IMG/VR virus record: IMGVR_UViG_3300014205_000173
Origin: a virus
Taxonomy: Duplodnaviria; Caudoviricetes
Length of the DNA: 64,000 bases
Reading direction: 5' to 3' (one strand)
In this document: positions 50,101-57,000 of the stretch, piece after piece
Layout of the letters: every line of letters starts with the position of its first letter
Position numbering within the stretch: the stretch's first letter is position 1
Position numbers and translations under genes: made by a program
Notes under the pieces: generated by a model
Databases searched by the model: none
The model's input: only the letters and a program-made list of their open reading frames with translations
What the model was told of the DNA's origin: nothing

Positions 50101-51063
50101 TGTAGCATATCCAATCAATCCAGTTTGTGTTGTTAAAAGAATTTTTTCAGGACTTTTTGTAGAAAAATCATTGGTATGTTTGTGTTCTAAAAGATTTTTA
50201 TAAATAAAACTATCTGCCGATTTTGTAAAAACAGAAACCCTAATTGAACTATCTATTTTTATAATAGAAGTATCATCTGTTTCAATGTCTGAAAGTGCCA
50301 ATCCATATTTTGGCTCTATCCTAACCGTTATACTGTCTTCTCGGTGAAGTGGATTCTCAAAAATAAGAGTTTTACCATTTACTTCAAACCCATCATAATA
50401 TGGCTTTCCATTAACAAACGCTACAATTTTCTGCGTATTTGGATTGTACTCTCCATCTATTATAAAGTTTTTTATTGGATAATCAATGTCGTTTGGACTT
50501 GGTGTAGTATTTCTATATGGTCCTGTTTTACCAGAAAGCTCACTATTGCCAACAGATGGGCTAATTGTTATTTCTGTAAAATCATCCCACTCAATCAACT
50601 TATCCTCAGTAACTATTCCCTGAAGATCTTGAGCTTGAATTTTTCTTATTGATTCTGGGCTAAGTCCAACAAAAACAACGCTTTTTCTATTTACCCCAAC
50701 GGCAGAAGATATGTTAATTTCTGTTTTTGTTCTTATTGCTAAATAATAAGTTTCTTTAACAACTTCTCCGGTTTTTTCGTCAAAAATTTTATTTCCGGTT
50801 AAAACATCTATTTTATCTTGTACAAATGGTATTATTCCTATTCCTGGAGAAATAGTTAACCCTAGATTTCCATTGGTTGTATTTTGAAAAACTTCCCACC
50901 CATTAAGAATTCCACCACCAGTAATCTTCAAAAGAGATTCTAATTGATTTTCTATTGTTTGAAATCTCTTATAATCTGCATCAGAATAATATAGATCGCC
51001 GTCATCAAAAAACTCCATTCTATACGTTGGTGTTTTTTTTAGCTCTGGTCTTTGTCTAATCAT
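32164..51063 (-). CDS. Giant putative tail-fibre/baseplate-associated protein (6299 aa) with many Asp-box beta-propellers and one YG module
   Basis: 18.9-kb uninterrupted ORF; more than 10 SxDxGxxW boxes; regulator-propeller-like blades (IFEDNFGRIWLA); repeated [VF]xxNG..[IL]xF..DxI modules; HKH motif; ATGA overlaps at both ends. Confidence 0.75.
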   Translation of the reverse strand: MIRQRPELKKTPTYRMEFFDDGDLYYSDADYKRFQTIENQLESLLKITGGGILNGWEVFQNTTNGNLGLTISPGIGIIPFVQDKIDVLTGNKIFDEKTGEVVKETYYLAIRTKTEINISSAVGVNRKSVVFVGLSPESIRKIQAQDLQGIVTEDKLIEWDDFTEITISPSVGNSELSGKTGPYRNTTPSPNDIDYPIKNFIIDGEYNPNTQKIVAFVNGKPYYDGFEVNGKTLIFENPLHREDSITVRIEPKYGLALSDIETDDTSIIKIDSSIRVSVFTKSADSFIYKNLLEHKHTNDFSTKSPEKILLTTQTGLIGYATNTDNKTYIFDKKINGKSFSEYYGFSFDSGTYDLDIFINGFLNTDPVTITDSGSTITLEFSQKLDSTDTVQLVFYVKNNYTQIKNKLIISQTNPSQEKIDIEISGESIKSGKINEDLIPRLSHVGIFNEIMKPDNPSSGEEFVHQTENIDKNFLKEFFPVYNKKMTGRNCFDIFGQPKILPGVGITPSKQIVHLCTKDGLLYYVVPFDESQKSSETRKGFLMGSTLGQYFEGWKNINFDTSDNLKEFDSPFCVLPVKTANSPTTNNWDLIFLISEKFVVAISWSNINLSSTADPVPKILQVLNTTGDSPSDIRTNNIYYSKVDSIGGIVSAVSGKGILNLEKTVYILTDSGKVYCFDYVDNQYTWVDVTGEPTWTTATKIFSLNYEDELSNDIIFVGEEGSLYFNSIGKYRFESTIPSNTTQLTSITFEPNTIWDGLTNKLVDSGDILIFFGNKLVEKKQISLIQYNLTSPYSAQIALQGTLSKTFPKKEGSFYRSGMIKEWTKHSFVFSGTPIEVMFYDSRLFILTTENLYVSNQTFTSISSVNYEIDSCTFSEAFSSSKDLNDIRVINDEFVLSADDGIFSLSFDYSLIPVEYNRSENLDYVTSINDLLYPSYRIYKEDSLSTTDDVVFSLGKYGVFQSTDKGSSWRNITQLLGQPEDKNFFNSAKQYLKIVGVDSVQNKIYVIKENGSYGYGYGYGYGLDLNYFDVFDFDSFEMGYGVGSFESLSEYGYAFGFEISNAVEGLEEGDWIYFPDGAGGAYEKNPLKIIGFGIEGDRNYIVVEGGNGYSADFSQIPQDLVVEVYSKLEPLGLINGIPQSELYETNNVETYSFDPFRQSIQFSSTQSIEDSITIASKYKTFSLIEDFDISSKDIEKISLNLNGIDLLEYWTKDNAKFNFNKSLNIEDIVRITVKDSHITDTGKYTHKEIEDSFSLETMGLTYEMDGIRTSNLLTLLMQLKHKFKDIQEFSTSTEVSFDITSFGASSGQNDPWIQNVNTVYAPGAFVGRSITFSKNNKNYKYTISANTLHRFYIQRVYCYEYFVANGSESTFTLLKGEGKQGTFTVFKNGNKLTSSDFTENLLSDNVISIELVSATLNGDNIFIKYINTDDDFEISTLFENLQSVTIPAMDNSITSKLTNIFVSNYRDNDFIIDLDRSFIENEIYSENSTDIGDVDYVLFYVFNDSVNNKFYAGTDENIWIRDVNSIIYSKTGVILETLNPIGNSSFDEKIDGAYIQYNNETNEWTVIWGGQPVISDINLDISTVKVNNVIVVDDKICFAGTDRGFYRTLSGSNTWEYVWNTIFDKNTKDSPEILNLVLDDKHPWILNAILESGLYRSYDYGNNWIWLAGNSEKTFTTFSYQKDLSDSRSVYYYGNDSLFVKKYSSETENISSKTNEISTDLLFGSNFISSSILKIVNNKSDVDKVYFGMNFLGVYSSELLGGSGNIARTNFSANNYGTASNSISFDSIGIEKTGALHDSYSPAINYSLYVSSEKTDTKRMFYQVDVDPVVAKVLEDHKFVDYFAKMPDGKFYKILDNYDRGPVYEFNYLLNDKNETLDVRRMEFVLEGTYPYFANRSGANIDSESGDYWYSTNEPFGEALNTISISFTKESNGEDSRVMLGSFDDKNAYAVKSTIWTDSNTSEDETVLIVDYETVSEIPLEYQTEDALSGYYVGNPKNKLFYKVYNSKVLGVLDQYYDGEASPARGQLALRIEKKEDSDEANWNTIYKTEDPYYLWHKYFGLEIHNNWRAILRDPSSVNSSPDFYNDFEYDFTTSNTQKIFSSNLEGRTYVVYDDLFEDGKNQASILLSYEDELSTDYSVDNSLLGFIIKDPSCNYEYEVTASKKLVSGDTYYSANYHRVQCRIERYDGSYDKISLYSDGSYSDIQTDRIKLTNRVGLNEENLIGSFVYFEKRPFITFRVKEIDGDYIVVDSTNLNSFVQEGEILKCKYQIEERTCKDLVITSSGKLFTVSDNFVYTDRSTDTQKWYCISDGLELNPDTNLPYAKFSSLCFDNTGNYLYAASPTNIYGGVYVHDSSTTNTDFTKILSDSDLINNEKITSIDLYRDISNLILYLGTSDNGVFKGVSDALNPLTSIWTWTKIVFPENDISSIETVVDQDANIDLDRIWIGTDGSGIFKRDQISNSYLENSWIGNIPSEVSSKDINSSEWKVWRVNDGIDNLYPIVLDDDGSVVYEKIESPGTITNGIFDWDQQERYDKKLGNLYYVLDSGNINYITDSFGEGSGWNGNTIISESSRNKHKFSNVATSSVTNNERKKEEDLKGSGSVSPNSKTFFKFDFMFNGQNGESPYEEPFKHHPDKNSIVKIIPLSGGDTRLLVITDRDGVFLSGNAERYLLPEPLSGYLDDYTTYGYAFSETQFDEAQDELIEYPGYRYTNQGYSKDFSENTKFNKLLEKLFMFEIDSTHPAYSDIGSFISAYGSESLLNSYLIISKGVDEVGGIKDPITFIVKSVELSGLKYKIKLSIGRQNSQSEGNFSILENPTYPVDNYIGFSWENGFSWDGYDRFVFMDAQEYVKINNGLPSDFNALDIGGEKTLEILIRDAVEDGSNGVYLACGINGVYYCPDVTVVSPTWSQLSGSSDKYAISIAYGTADDGTLYVGTIKEGVWRYVLLTTTWYQYTGLEKHPQVWCLYADGKTVYAGTEHGGVYSSGDSVIFVRMSGCVRSKIFSWKTVGVPPRKEDVLNNSVFDYSENYNLLSYSYGGGIMVSRDRGLTWEQANNGLKNLYVQEVSICPNNSNIVYAATCGGGVFKSINAFDESGGVTSIVWESCSTEFLPITLNVDEVSVGTNPNIIYIKCRVNDFSIKDSPNRIKKYLFGKPLINSDDLSSGELLWVYDSPENLITDGKSYYPYCPYDFGTRKHVIYKSLDGGDSWQSVYDIELVSSGISENIFKSENMISGLTVVHGGSDEIKFISSYKIEYKLGSNNYFFEKMSYTTMTFDADNNFVFSEKEIPASDFRLFGELLMTPSLLKSEGHLSINPKDKNEVFLTIQYNDAFSRFVKVPILYSNDDGNIWERRVSVFNSETTPGFNSPVQFSTRQTSQDIDFNVSYLSEYSESLTLEGIYTKRGFNEESFLWDSVRDLARVDNKFINIDFQTNDQWNNSSYKLNLFLDANKIPRPFTLKDATLIADNVNEPNNIYTVENSGYGEYYHRNTNSSLNSQTTTLKLNSAFNGDSLIVGETSTCLLSNLTSFKIPYSEASLNTILSKENLLVGREISFGENTYTIAFHRVYNDLVIGQQYVELILIGDAVANLSGIFSINIGSPIYSNYNNKLYVSINSGISWSEVDTDFDISSFKIIDIEDVPGEFIGNTFDRVFFAAFILGNEYKLRVGTINDSRYVDGSRSAIEWTDISLPVTFENILGSGLKFVNSQYGNFLFVTSSNSIIKKQIDTNSANLLTGEWIEVRSESEITYPIVVSETNNDRMAFISNNRILVSKDSFTSESSSYKGEFLPGEDSSNYLVSKILLNPSGENEDEIFVSINNPREAFTASASILSLNVSENTNEITISNSGSFGSNPFIPENIWVKRPVIFRENGINFSFSSKIVESQGNKLVLLPTIIFNISGVEYSPLINETKITGTVSNTNENILIEDYNGNIFICYTDTEEIIRGRVSRISLEEDTVILSLNGDYAIEFTNRNIDFSLDVLLKIGSVEDILGFEGMVPESQFGNFVVSSSRPSSSNSNNGIYISNAFGVDWNQISVSESNGFVDGCVDFNVNDNGSINAVVTNGNSTRIFINDSWIPSENIKKVDVDSFGNLYFITDNGYCKTTLDLDSPNESVFKTNTFLDCKEFFIENKDIVVVDTDDNIYSNNKDSFVFNGSELFVPSNRNIKNINKIFKDSNDAYWIATESDGVNVFIGSNFYNFGVIEIGSLNVFDIFEDNFGRIWLALGADGISVISYVIENGSITNYTVERYSESSGFKGEVKAISQTNGLDYISSGENSPPGIFLTWANNSSVYPNSLLSRSKSEIRPVYEDRVYNINQTLGQIFSIQEDTISVDGENFLAWKIVAQNFSVTSGQSIGTNSLVNQYMLVNVRENDISRKVLANALDTVYVERVDGESEISSSGKNFLITEMVGEDHCILFSGDSNSINSSINDVSLICPDTYYYYLDFYDASGRRVEIDSKKISISLTDQFAQNASRIVVATTKGLWSFEGGPTPFIVKNQFNEAENITNIFVDTSNILYVSAGDILIQVTDNNRVDFGKNDLFSDNLLGVENKVLEVRNVIEGLSQEIIIATSIGLCIKRSDGTFLSFIEEDPRTIYREDKFNIGSWRPVYVLSGNPISSDFFVDKTSTSGMYSYSNIILNTVNNGRRWNEVVLLPYEIKGVLEIENSLGTIIDYVMFSENLISSTGEDSVLEDFDFISNRENIKVFDRTSSIGSPSHIYLSEASSVSENPIIFAGVFDNRITETEVEICKIKFNSQNDTNQDPTEIVGLPTNIGSAEGLSIQTIYRITKDSVSGDFYAGGKDNILILENGSSIWHPFEFSEENDSDIIEHCYTDLVVRNDSTALECSVVIYATRSALYGKITHDFVILRPQEVDLEKRITSIDVKQSFIENLSWVDRPGMNSYNWEATNHFTIGNHRGAICFLNAINVILVGGFDNKLFLMPFTSDRNDEIKNYHKKVSLISGRRNREATQLTITSQLDTWTQIFSGRKDLYDSKFMPRNSWGINFSEDSDETEVGIVSYLIFGQNSNYFETYYEHTPALNSSFLYRSYGCDMMFWEPFIVPNQPNGIFSDFKYYDGTLYSTSIYGSGKDNVGLFAIDLTTGWDKQDRSLTGNEQQYFNIPINEITVTENLIIPTLGFGIHQYDSLTFSGLESRFFTQYGIEYGRWNITCISQDPNNQNRVVVGTSNRGLMNGIYNSIDGGTTFRWEWSCDQFGFESGNITCAEILSVNSDIILVGVKDDGLYIKDSETKVYAKSTEGLPTTGDVVQIRINSFVSKTENSVQIENNGETILIIRSSYENPKENPTNAQEYSVGNEIFNSEVVYIGLDNFSESLYVDNDITLKSGIPYFYRIYDIGIGNIYTERDRMQGLTSELDGLNVYISGNVFSGKDLTGRILSVNTVIVRPLCFEISYNSYDSQTGLTTVGLVSDIYRIINQGNANIFDRFSVPYRVESTLIKKPRIVKPIWMVFKEQGSLYSKVYISNDNGIKWVEKTNGIPSNADILNIEISETEETRNFIKHVLYISTDIGIYYSTNDGTSWAKLSLDSNGLPDTGYKQVLVDTQDFRILYAITSTEDIYRSIDFGLSWNLILNCGSGLNKYSIVSEFSNSIFLGFDSLGIKKYYDPIREEFNVQVDSDSLITNVTFDNFEMGDEIFTDSNTIIAKTYPKNDNILSNFEKITFKTDDLTKYLTFKISRKEEKFGLDEIKIGQDEVNPLTIPFLLQNPEYDSGYIKVNKIGKLDSDENFAISNKGVHTTSNNGTTWQKLTSSFIPSNIKDLISLSDNSIILATDNGLWSSDVDRVNYRNVEQLDSEINVIWESVDKGVRRIFRGGENGLYITVERPISKTIITYSGDISIKKSIQFSWGSISNPNDGGWTDKTEEMLSKSVWAKSSMSSSLLEYKGWDSALIVRYGPFSTFEIAESYSNGVWLPENGSVYPNGFSSPESGFSFGKSAKFENSDSGLLFEESSNQKKYVGSQDSITYHTNGVIFIGDFPNVNSPNNYPQGKNYPTTDFPIIDRVDATIGEARRIEADGSFSITSTGYLENKADIRAYEDLITNGSSMTNKELLTALREDSDYKKQLAPILKSNMYYAYRVFPYRLIPDPTEIDGSGSFLTTPRYKRATGDLVDSFSFIVDIEKFSGSKRILCGVSTLSGNWIVGTNSGLFYSTENGQNVIKSQNLSSNLVGYKFVSMIYTSSNVVLAVAVSNSLNDIRFVRNSSDFTNESFDSNWEFLNNLSSLLDDVGANIVFNLEESNGKIYISTNKGVFLGNEDGTEWKFIGRVGNLESISGGKVLGQEFIIE
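47893..48030 (-). repeat. YG module copy C (in the 6299-aa protein)
   Basis: YGYGYGYGYGLD-LNYFDV-FDFDSFEM-GYGVG-SFESLSE-YGYAFGFE. Confidence 0.9.
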
Positions 51064-54000
51064 CCGTTATCAACTCTATCAATTAAATCTTTTACTTGGT
51101 CTCTTTCACCATCTGTTTCAAATAATATGGCCATTTCGTCAACGCTTGGAATACTTCCATCTGTAGAAATAAATCTTATTCCAATTCTAAATTTATTATT
51201 ACTTTGAACTCCTATCGAAGATAAAGAAAAAACTTCATTTGTTGGAATAATTGTATATTCATCAAAATTAGTAATAACTTTACCATTTACATCTTCTTCC
51301 GTAGAAATTCCAAATTGAATGTCACTTAAAGCTACTCCTGACGGACTTGTTGGAATATCTCCGTTGTATGTCAGTATACTTCTTACGATATTTGAAGTTA
51401 AATTAAATGTTGTTGTAAAGAAATTTACTGAGTTTTGCTTACTATATGTTATCGTAACATCATCTACTGTTGGAGTTACATCTTTTATTGAAGATTTTAA
51501 AATTATCTTAAACTGAATAAATCTTTTTAGTATTAAATTATTATTATTATCTACAGAAAGTTGTGAAAAGTCAACTAATTCCTGTCCAGAAATAGTAAAT
51601 GGATCTAAAATTTCAGTAACAGTTTCTGTTCCAATATTGTTCCAAGTTTTCAATAAAAGATCTTCTTCAGAAGATCCTGTTCTAACTTCAAACTCTACAG
51701 TGGTTCCTGTTGGTTTTGATGATGTCCAAGAAATTTCTTTCCAAAATCTAAAGTCAGATCCACCATCAAATACATTTGAGATATAGGTAGCTTGCGCTTC
51801 TTCTAGAATTTCACCGGCATATGTTGGTCTTGTCTCTGCTGGTATCGTAGAAGAAATTGTTGGTCTACTGTCATCTCCACTATCTCTATCAATTTTAATA
51901 GCCTGATAATTATAATATGATGTTATTTCTTCTGCGGTTGGAGACTCTTTAAATCCAACAACTGCTTTTAATAATTTTTCTTCAATTATATAATTTTCTT
52001 CAGGATCAACTTCCCAATCCTGTTTTGGGAATCTAGAATAGTCTTTATCAATAATTCTACCAAAAACACTCCTGTATGCTCTTGACATAAAATTCATATC
52101 TTCATTATTTGAGCCAACTAACGGGACAAAGAAGTAATTACCATCAGAATCTTCCCAACCGGGCTTTGAATAAAGAAGTCTCAAATAATTTTTGTAACTT
52201 TCTTCTGAAAACGTATTTTCAGTTAAATTTCTTAATCTTGCTGTGTGCCAACCACGAATTAAATAAACTTCCTTTTCTTTTTCTGTTTCCCCACTTGTTG
52301 AATTAAAATAAATTGACGTTATCTTTTTAACATATTCTCCATCTTCCTCAACATATCTTTCAACATCTTTTCCAAAAAAATCTATAGAAAAATCACTATA
52401 TGAATATAAATCCTTCTCTATTTTAAATATATATGTTCCATCCTTAGGAATATAAAAAGATCCAGTAGAAACTAAGGCGAATTTAATATTAAACTCATTC
52501 CAAAGAGACATGCTTGATCCTATTTTCTGATCAATAGGAGGTATTGGCAATCCATCTATTTTTGGCCACCATCCTCTGTCAAATTCCAAGCCAGTAGAAT
52601 CATCAATTCCATCCAACCCATCTACAACAACATTAAACACATAACTATCATCTGGTAAATATTCCGAGTCAACATTTAAAATTGTAGAAATATCACCAGA
52701 AACAACCAACAAATCACCATCTATTGAAATATTTTTTATTTCATTATCTATACTTCCTAAAGAAATGTTGTTTCCCAAACTATCAACTATTGAGTATGAT
52801 AAATTCCTCATAGTATAGTCTATTCCAGATTCATGCAAAACAACATAAGATTCATCTAAAGATGAATCATAAAATACTTTAAATATTTTTGCACTAACAG
52901 TATAGTTTTGACCAAAAACAAGTTTATTATAAAAATTTATACCAAGCAATTGATGGTGTTGTACTTGGTCTAATATAGTTTGTGGTGTAGAAATAAATCC
53001 TATATGAGAGTAACCTTGATATATCCTTGTTGTCCAACCTTCATTTGAAGATATGCCAGAAGAAGTATCATCAAATTCTGCTGGATCTATATATATGTAC
53101 TCATCTGATGTTCCAACAATAGCTGTTGGTGTTTGATTGTCTCCCGAAACTAAACTATCAACATCCGCTGTTATGTTTTTTGTTATTTTTAAAGAATCAT
53201 TTATTATTGAATTTACTGAAGAAGGAATTTCATCTTCAACTGGATAATAACCAAATTTTACAGTTCTATTTTCAGTATCAAAACTATCCTTTAGAGAATC
53301 TCTCCATCCTGTTCCACTTTTTGTAATAAAATTAATTTCTTCAATATCTTCAGTAATATATTGAAATTTTCTACTTAAAATTGTTGCAGCGATTCCTTCT
53401 TCATCCTCAATTAATATCCAAATTTTTTGTCTTAAAACGCTACTAATAGTAGTTCCGCCATCGCTATCAGCAGAGTAATCATCTGTCTGCAATCCATTTG
53501 AATCAAATCTAATTGATGGCGATAAATTATTTGATCTAAACACATCCAAAATTTTAAAAGAAAAATCTTGAGCAGAACCTATTATTAAGCTTTTCCCTAT
53601 AAACTCCTCTCTATTGTTATATATTTCTTTGGCAACAGGATTTGATCTTGCATAATTTTCTGTGTTTTCATCGAGAAACCCAATAAGAGTTCTAGGGGTA
53701 GATCCCGGGTTTACTGGAATATGAAAATTTTGAACATTTACAATATTGTTATTTTCACCAACACCCTGAGAATAATCTTCAGCAGTATCTGGGATATAAT
53801 GTCTAACGTCATTTGGATCAAAAAACCAATCAGGACCTTTATACCCAGAAGAAAATCCCTTTACCTTTATTGAAATTGGTCTTTTAAAATTCCATCCAAC
53901 AATAGAAGAATATGGTGAGTATACATTATAACTTAATCCATAATTATCACTAAATCCAATTAGCAGATCATTAACATATGGATGATTTATAAGTCCCCCT

Positions 54001-57000
54001 AAATTATCACCAACCAAAACATCTTTCACTACAATTGTTCTGTTATTTTTCGTATCTGTTGGTAATAAATTTGTCCAAAATTCATAAGAGTTTGAAAGAA
54101 CTGTTTTTAATTCTTTTGAAATTAAAAGACGATCATCTGCGACGATAGTTGCACTTTCAATAACATTTGCTGGAGATATTGTCTGAGAACCTTGAATATA
54201 AAATGGCACCGAATAAACTTCTGACTCATTTCCAGCTTTATCTTTTACCTTAAAAAATAAAATTTTAAATCCACCACCAGAAACACTAATACTATGAGTA
54301 AACCTTTTAAAACCATAGTCAGTTCTTGATGTTTCTATGTCTAAAACGTCGCTATTATTCATCGAGACATATTCTATATCTGGAGAATTATCCATATAAT
54401 ACTCTACAGCATCTATAGGACTTCTAGACGTTCTAATTTCACTAAAAATATCCTCAGAAATACTTGAAAAATTTAAATCATAGTTATATGCATATTCATT
54501 TAGTTTTTGAATTTTAATTGGAACTTTTGATGGAACTCCATCTGTTTTTATTCCAAAAAAATGTTCCGATGAAACCTGAGATTCTAAATCTCCACTCGCA
54601 AGCTCAACAGGAATATCTACTTCTAAAAACTTTATAGAATCTATTCCAGAAGTACTTTCATCAACATCAAAAGAGAATTTTACAACATTATCACTATCGG
54701 GATATATGAAACCAAAGATGTTTCCAAGCTCAAAAGTATCTCCAGAAATATAAGATTCTACTCCAGAAGGCAATGAATTGTTTTGTATTTCACTTCTTAA
54801 AAATAAACTTTCCTTTTGAAGAGAATCATACCCAAAAACACTTCTATCTATTTGTTCGTTAATTAATTCTGAAGACAAAACAGTTAAATAAAGACCTGAA
54901 ACACCAATAGTAGATGTTCTTGCCCAAGATATATTTTTAAAAAGCCCTTGAGTTGAATAGTCTTCAGAAATTAAAGACTGAATAAACTCTGCTTTATCGT
55001 CACCTTCTTGAAGATTAAAGATCCAAGAGGGTCCGTTTTCTCCAGTTATTTCAACATTTTCTGTCTGAATATCATTTCCTTCCCAAACGAAGGTTCTGTC
55101 ATGTGATAGGTGAGTTGATGGATATATCTTATCTAAAACTTGTTGTAATTCTGAAAAAGAATCTTCAATATCTATTGCTATAGATCTTTGAAAAATATGG
55201 TTAGAGAAATCTTTTAAAAAAATCTTCTTTCCAACATCACCGTCCTCTATATCTGCAACAGCAAAAAAACCCCTATCTGTTTGATTGTAAGATACAGGAT
55301 ATGTTAGTTCAGAACTCCAACCATCCTCATACATTGTGTATCCACAATTCAAATAATTCAAATCTGTTTTTGTTACCCCATTATTAGCAAAAGTTCTATG
55401 TTTTAATATTTTCCCCTTGCCAAAAATATTGCCGTTTTCAGGTCTTGAATTCCATTTAAACATATTGTATAAATATGGGTTTATTTGTCCTAAAAACTTA
55501 GACGTATTATTAAATCTTAAAAAGTCATTAGTATATATTAAATCTTCCAAAATGACTAAATCTTTTTCGCTATCATCTACTCTTGCACTTTTTATTTCAA
55601 TTGAATCCCAATTTATTGTATTATCTGGATTTGGATTTGGATCTGCATTATAAATATTTGGAATTGGATTTTTAGTCAAATTATTATAGGCAGTTCCATA
55701 GCTATAGTATGGTATATATTCAAACTCAGAAATATGTAATCTTACAGACCCATTATATTTTGTAATATCTGAATTGAAATTTAATTCAGTATTTCCCCAT
55801 CCAGTTACTGTTTTAACTTTATCTTCATAGTGAATTTTAATGTCTTCATATATTGTTTTTTGTGACGGAGAATCTTCATACATAAAAAGATCTCTTGGAG
55901 AAACCCTAGCTCTTCCTATAAAAACTTCATCTAAAGAAATATCTGAACCAAGATTATTTTCTGTTGTGAAAACTGACGTACAATCAGAATCTGGTCTAAA
56001 GTTAAATTCAACATAAGGATATGAAACCTGTATGACTGGATCTACCCCTTCATTTTTTAAATTCTTTTGATATTCAACAAGTTGAAGAGTTTCTTCCTTT
56101 AGATATATTTTTAAAGCTTGATCCTTCGAAAATGTTGGATTTAGATTGAAAAACATTTGATAAGAAAATGGAGAAATATAGTAAACCATATCTTCAGTTA
56201 ATGTTCCTGAATAATTCTCATGATTTACTACGCCCAAATTAGATCTAGTATAAAGAGTTGTGTTTGACGGATCAAACAATAAATTATTACTATCATTTGG
56301 TTTTTTCTGATTATTCCTATTTTGAATAACAGAAAATCCTCTTCTTGGTAAAAACGTATAGTCCGTTATACTTCCTGACGGGTTAACCATAATCTTTTTT
56401 ACTTCATCTTCATCTTTATACTGACCATAAGCAACTAAATCAACTACATTAGAATTTGTTCCGGTTTTTTTAAAAATAAGAAAAAAATCTTGGTATGGTG
56501 AAGGATATCTTACTTCAACATATTCTTCTCCAACAATAGAATTGAATGTAACAGATTCTGTTTCATCTGGAAATTTATATGTTCTTTTTTTAAATCTTCT
56601 AGAATATGCCGGGAATGTAGAGATAAAATTTTCAGTGGATTCAAATCCAATTGGATGGTTTGAAAATCCCTGATTATTATAAACACTATTTGATATAAAT
56701 GTTGGCAATCCTTGTGGTACAAAATTTACAGTCTGAGAATCACCATCATCATAATCTGCGGAATTTAAAATCAAATTAAGGGTTGGAAATATTTTTTTAC
56801 CATTAACAATTTGATCAGCCGAAACATCATCAAAAGGTCCTAGACTACTTTCTTCCTTGTTTACAGAATACTGATAAACAGATCTTACTAAATTTTGAAT
56901 AGAATATTTAGAATCATAAACCCTAGAAGATCCAGATCCAAGTATTTCAGTTAGTGATGTAGCGTTTTTATGAAAAGAAATTAATCCATAATATCTTTTA

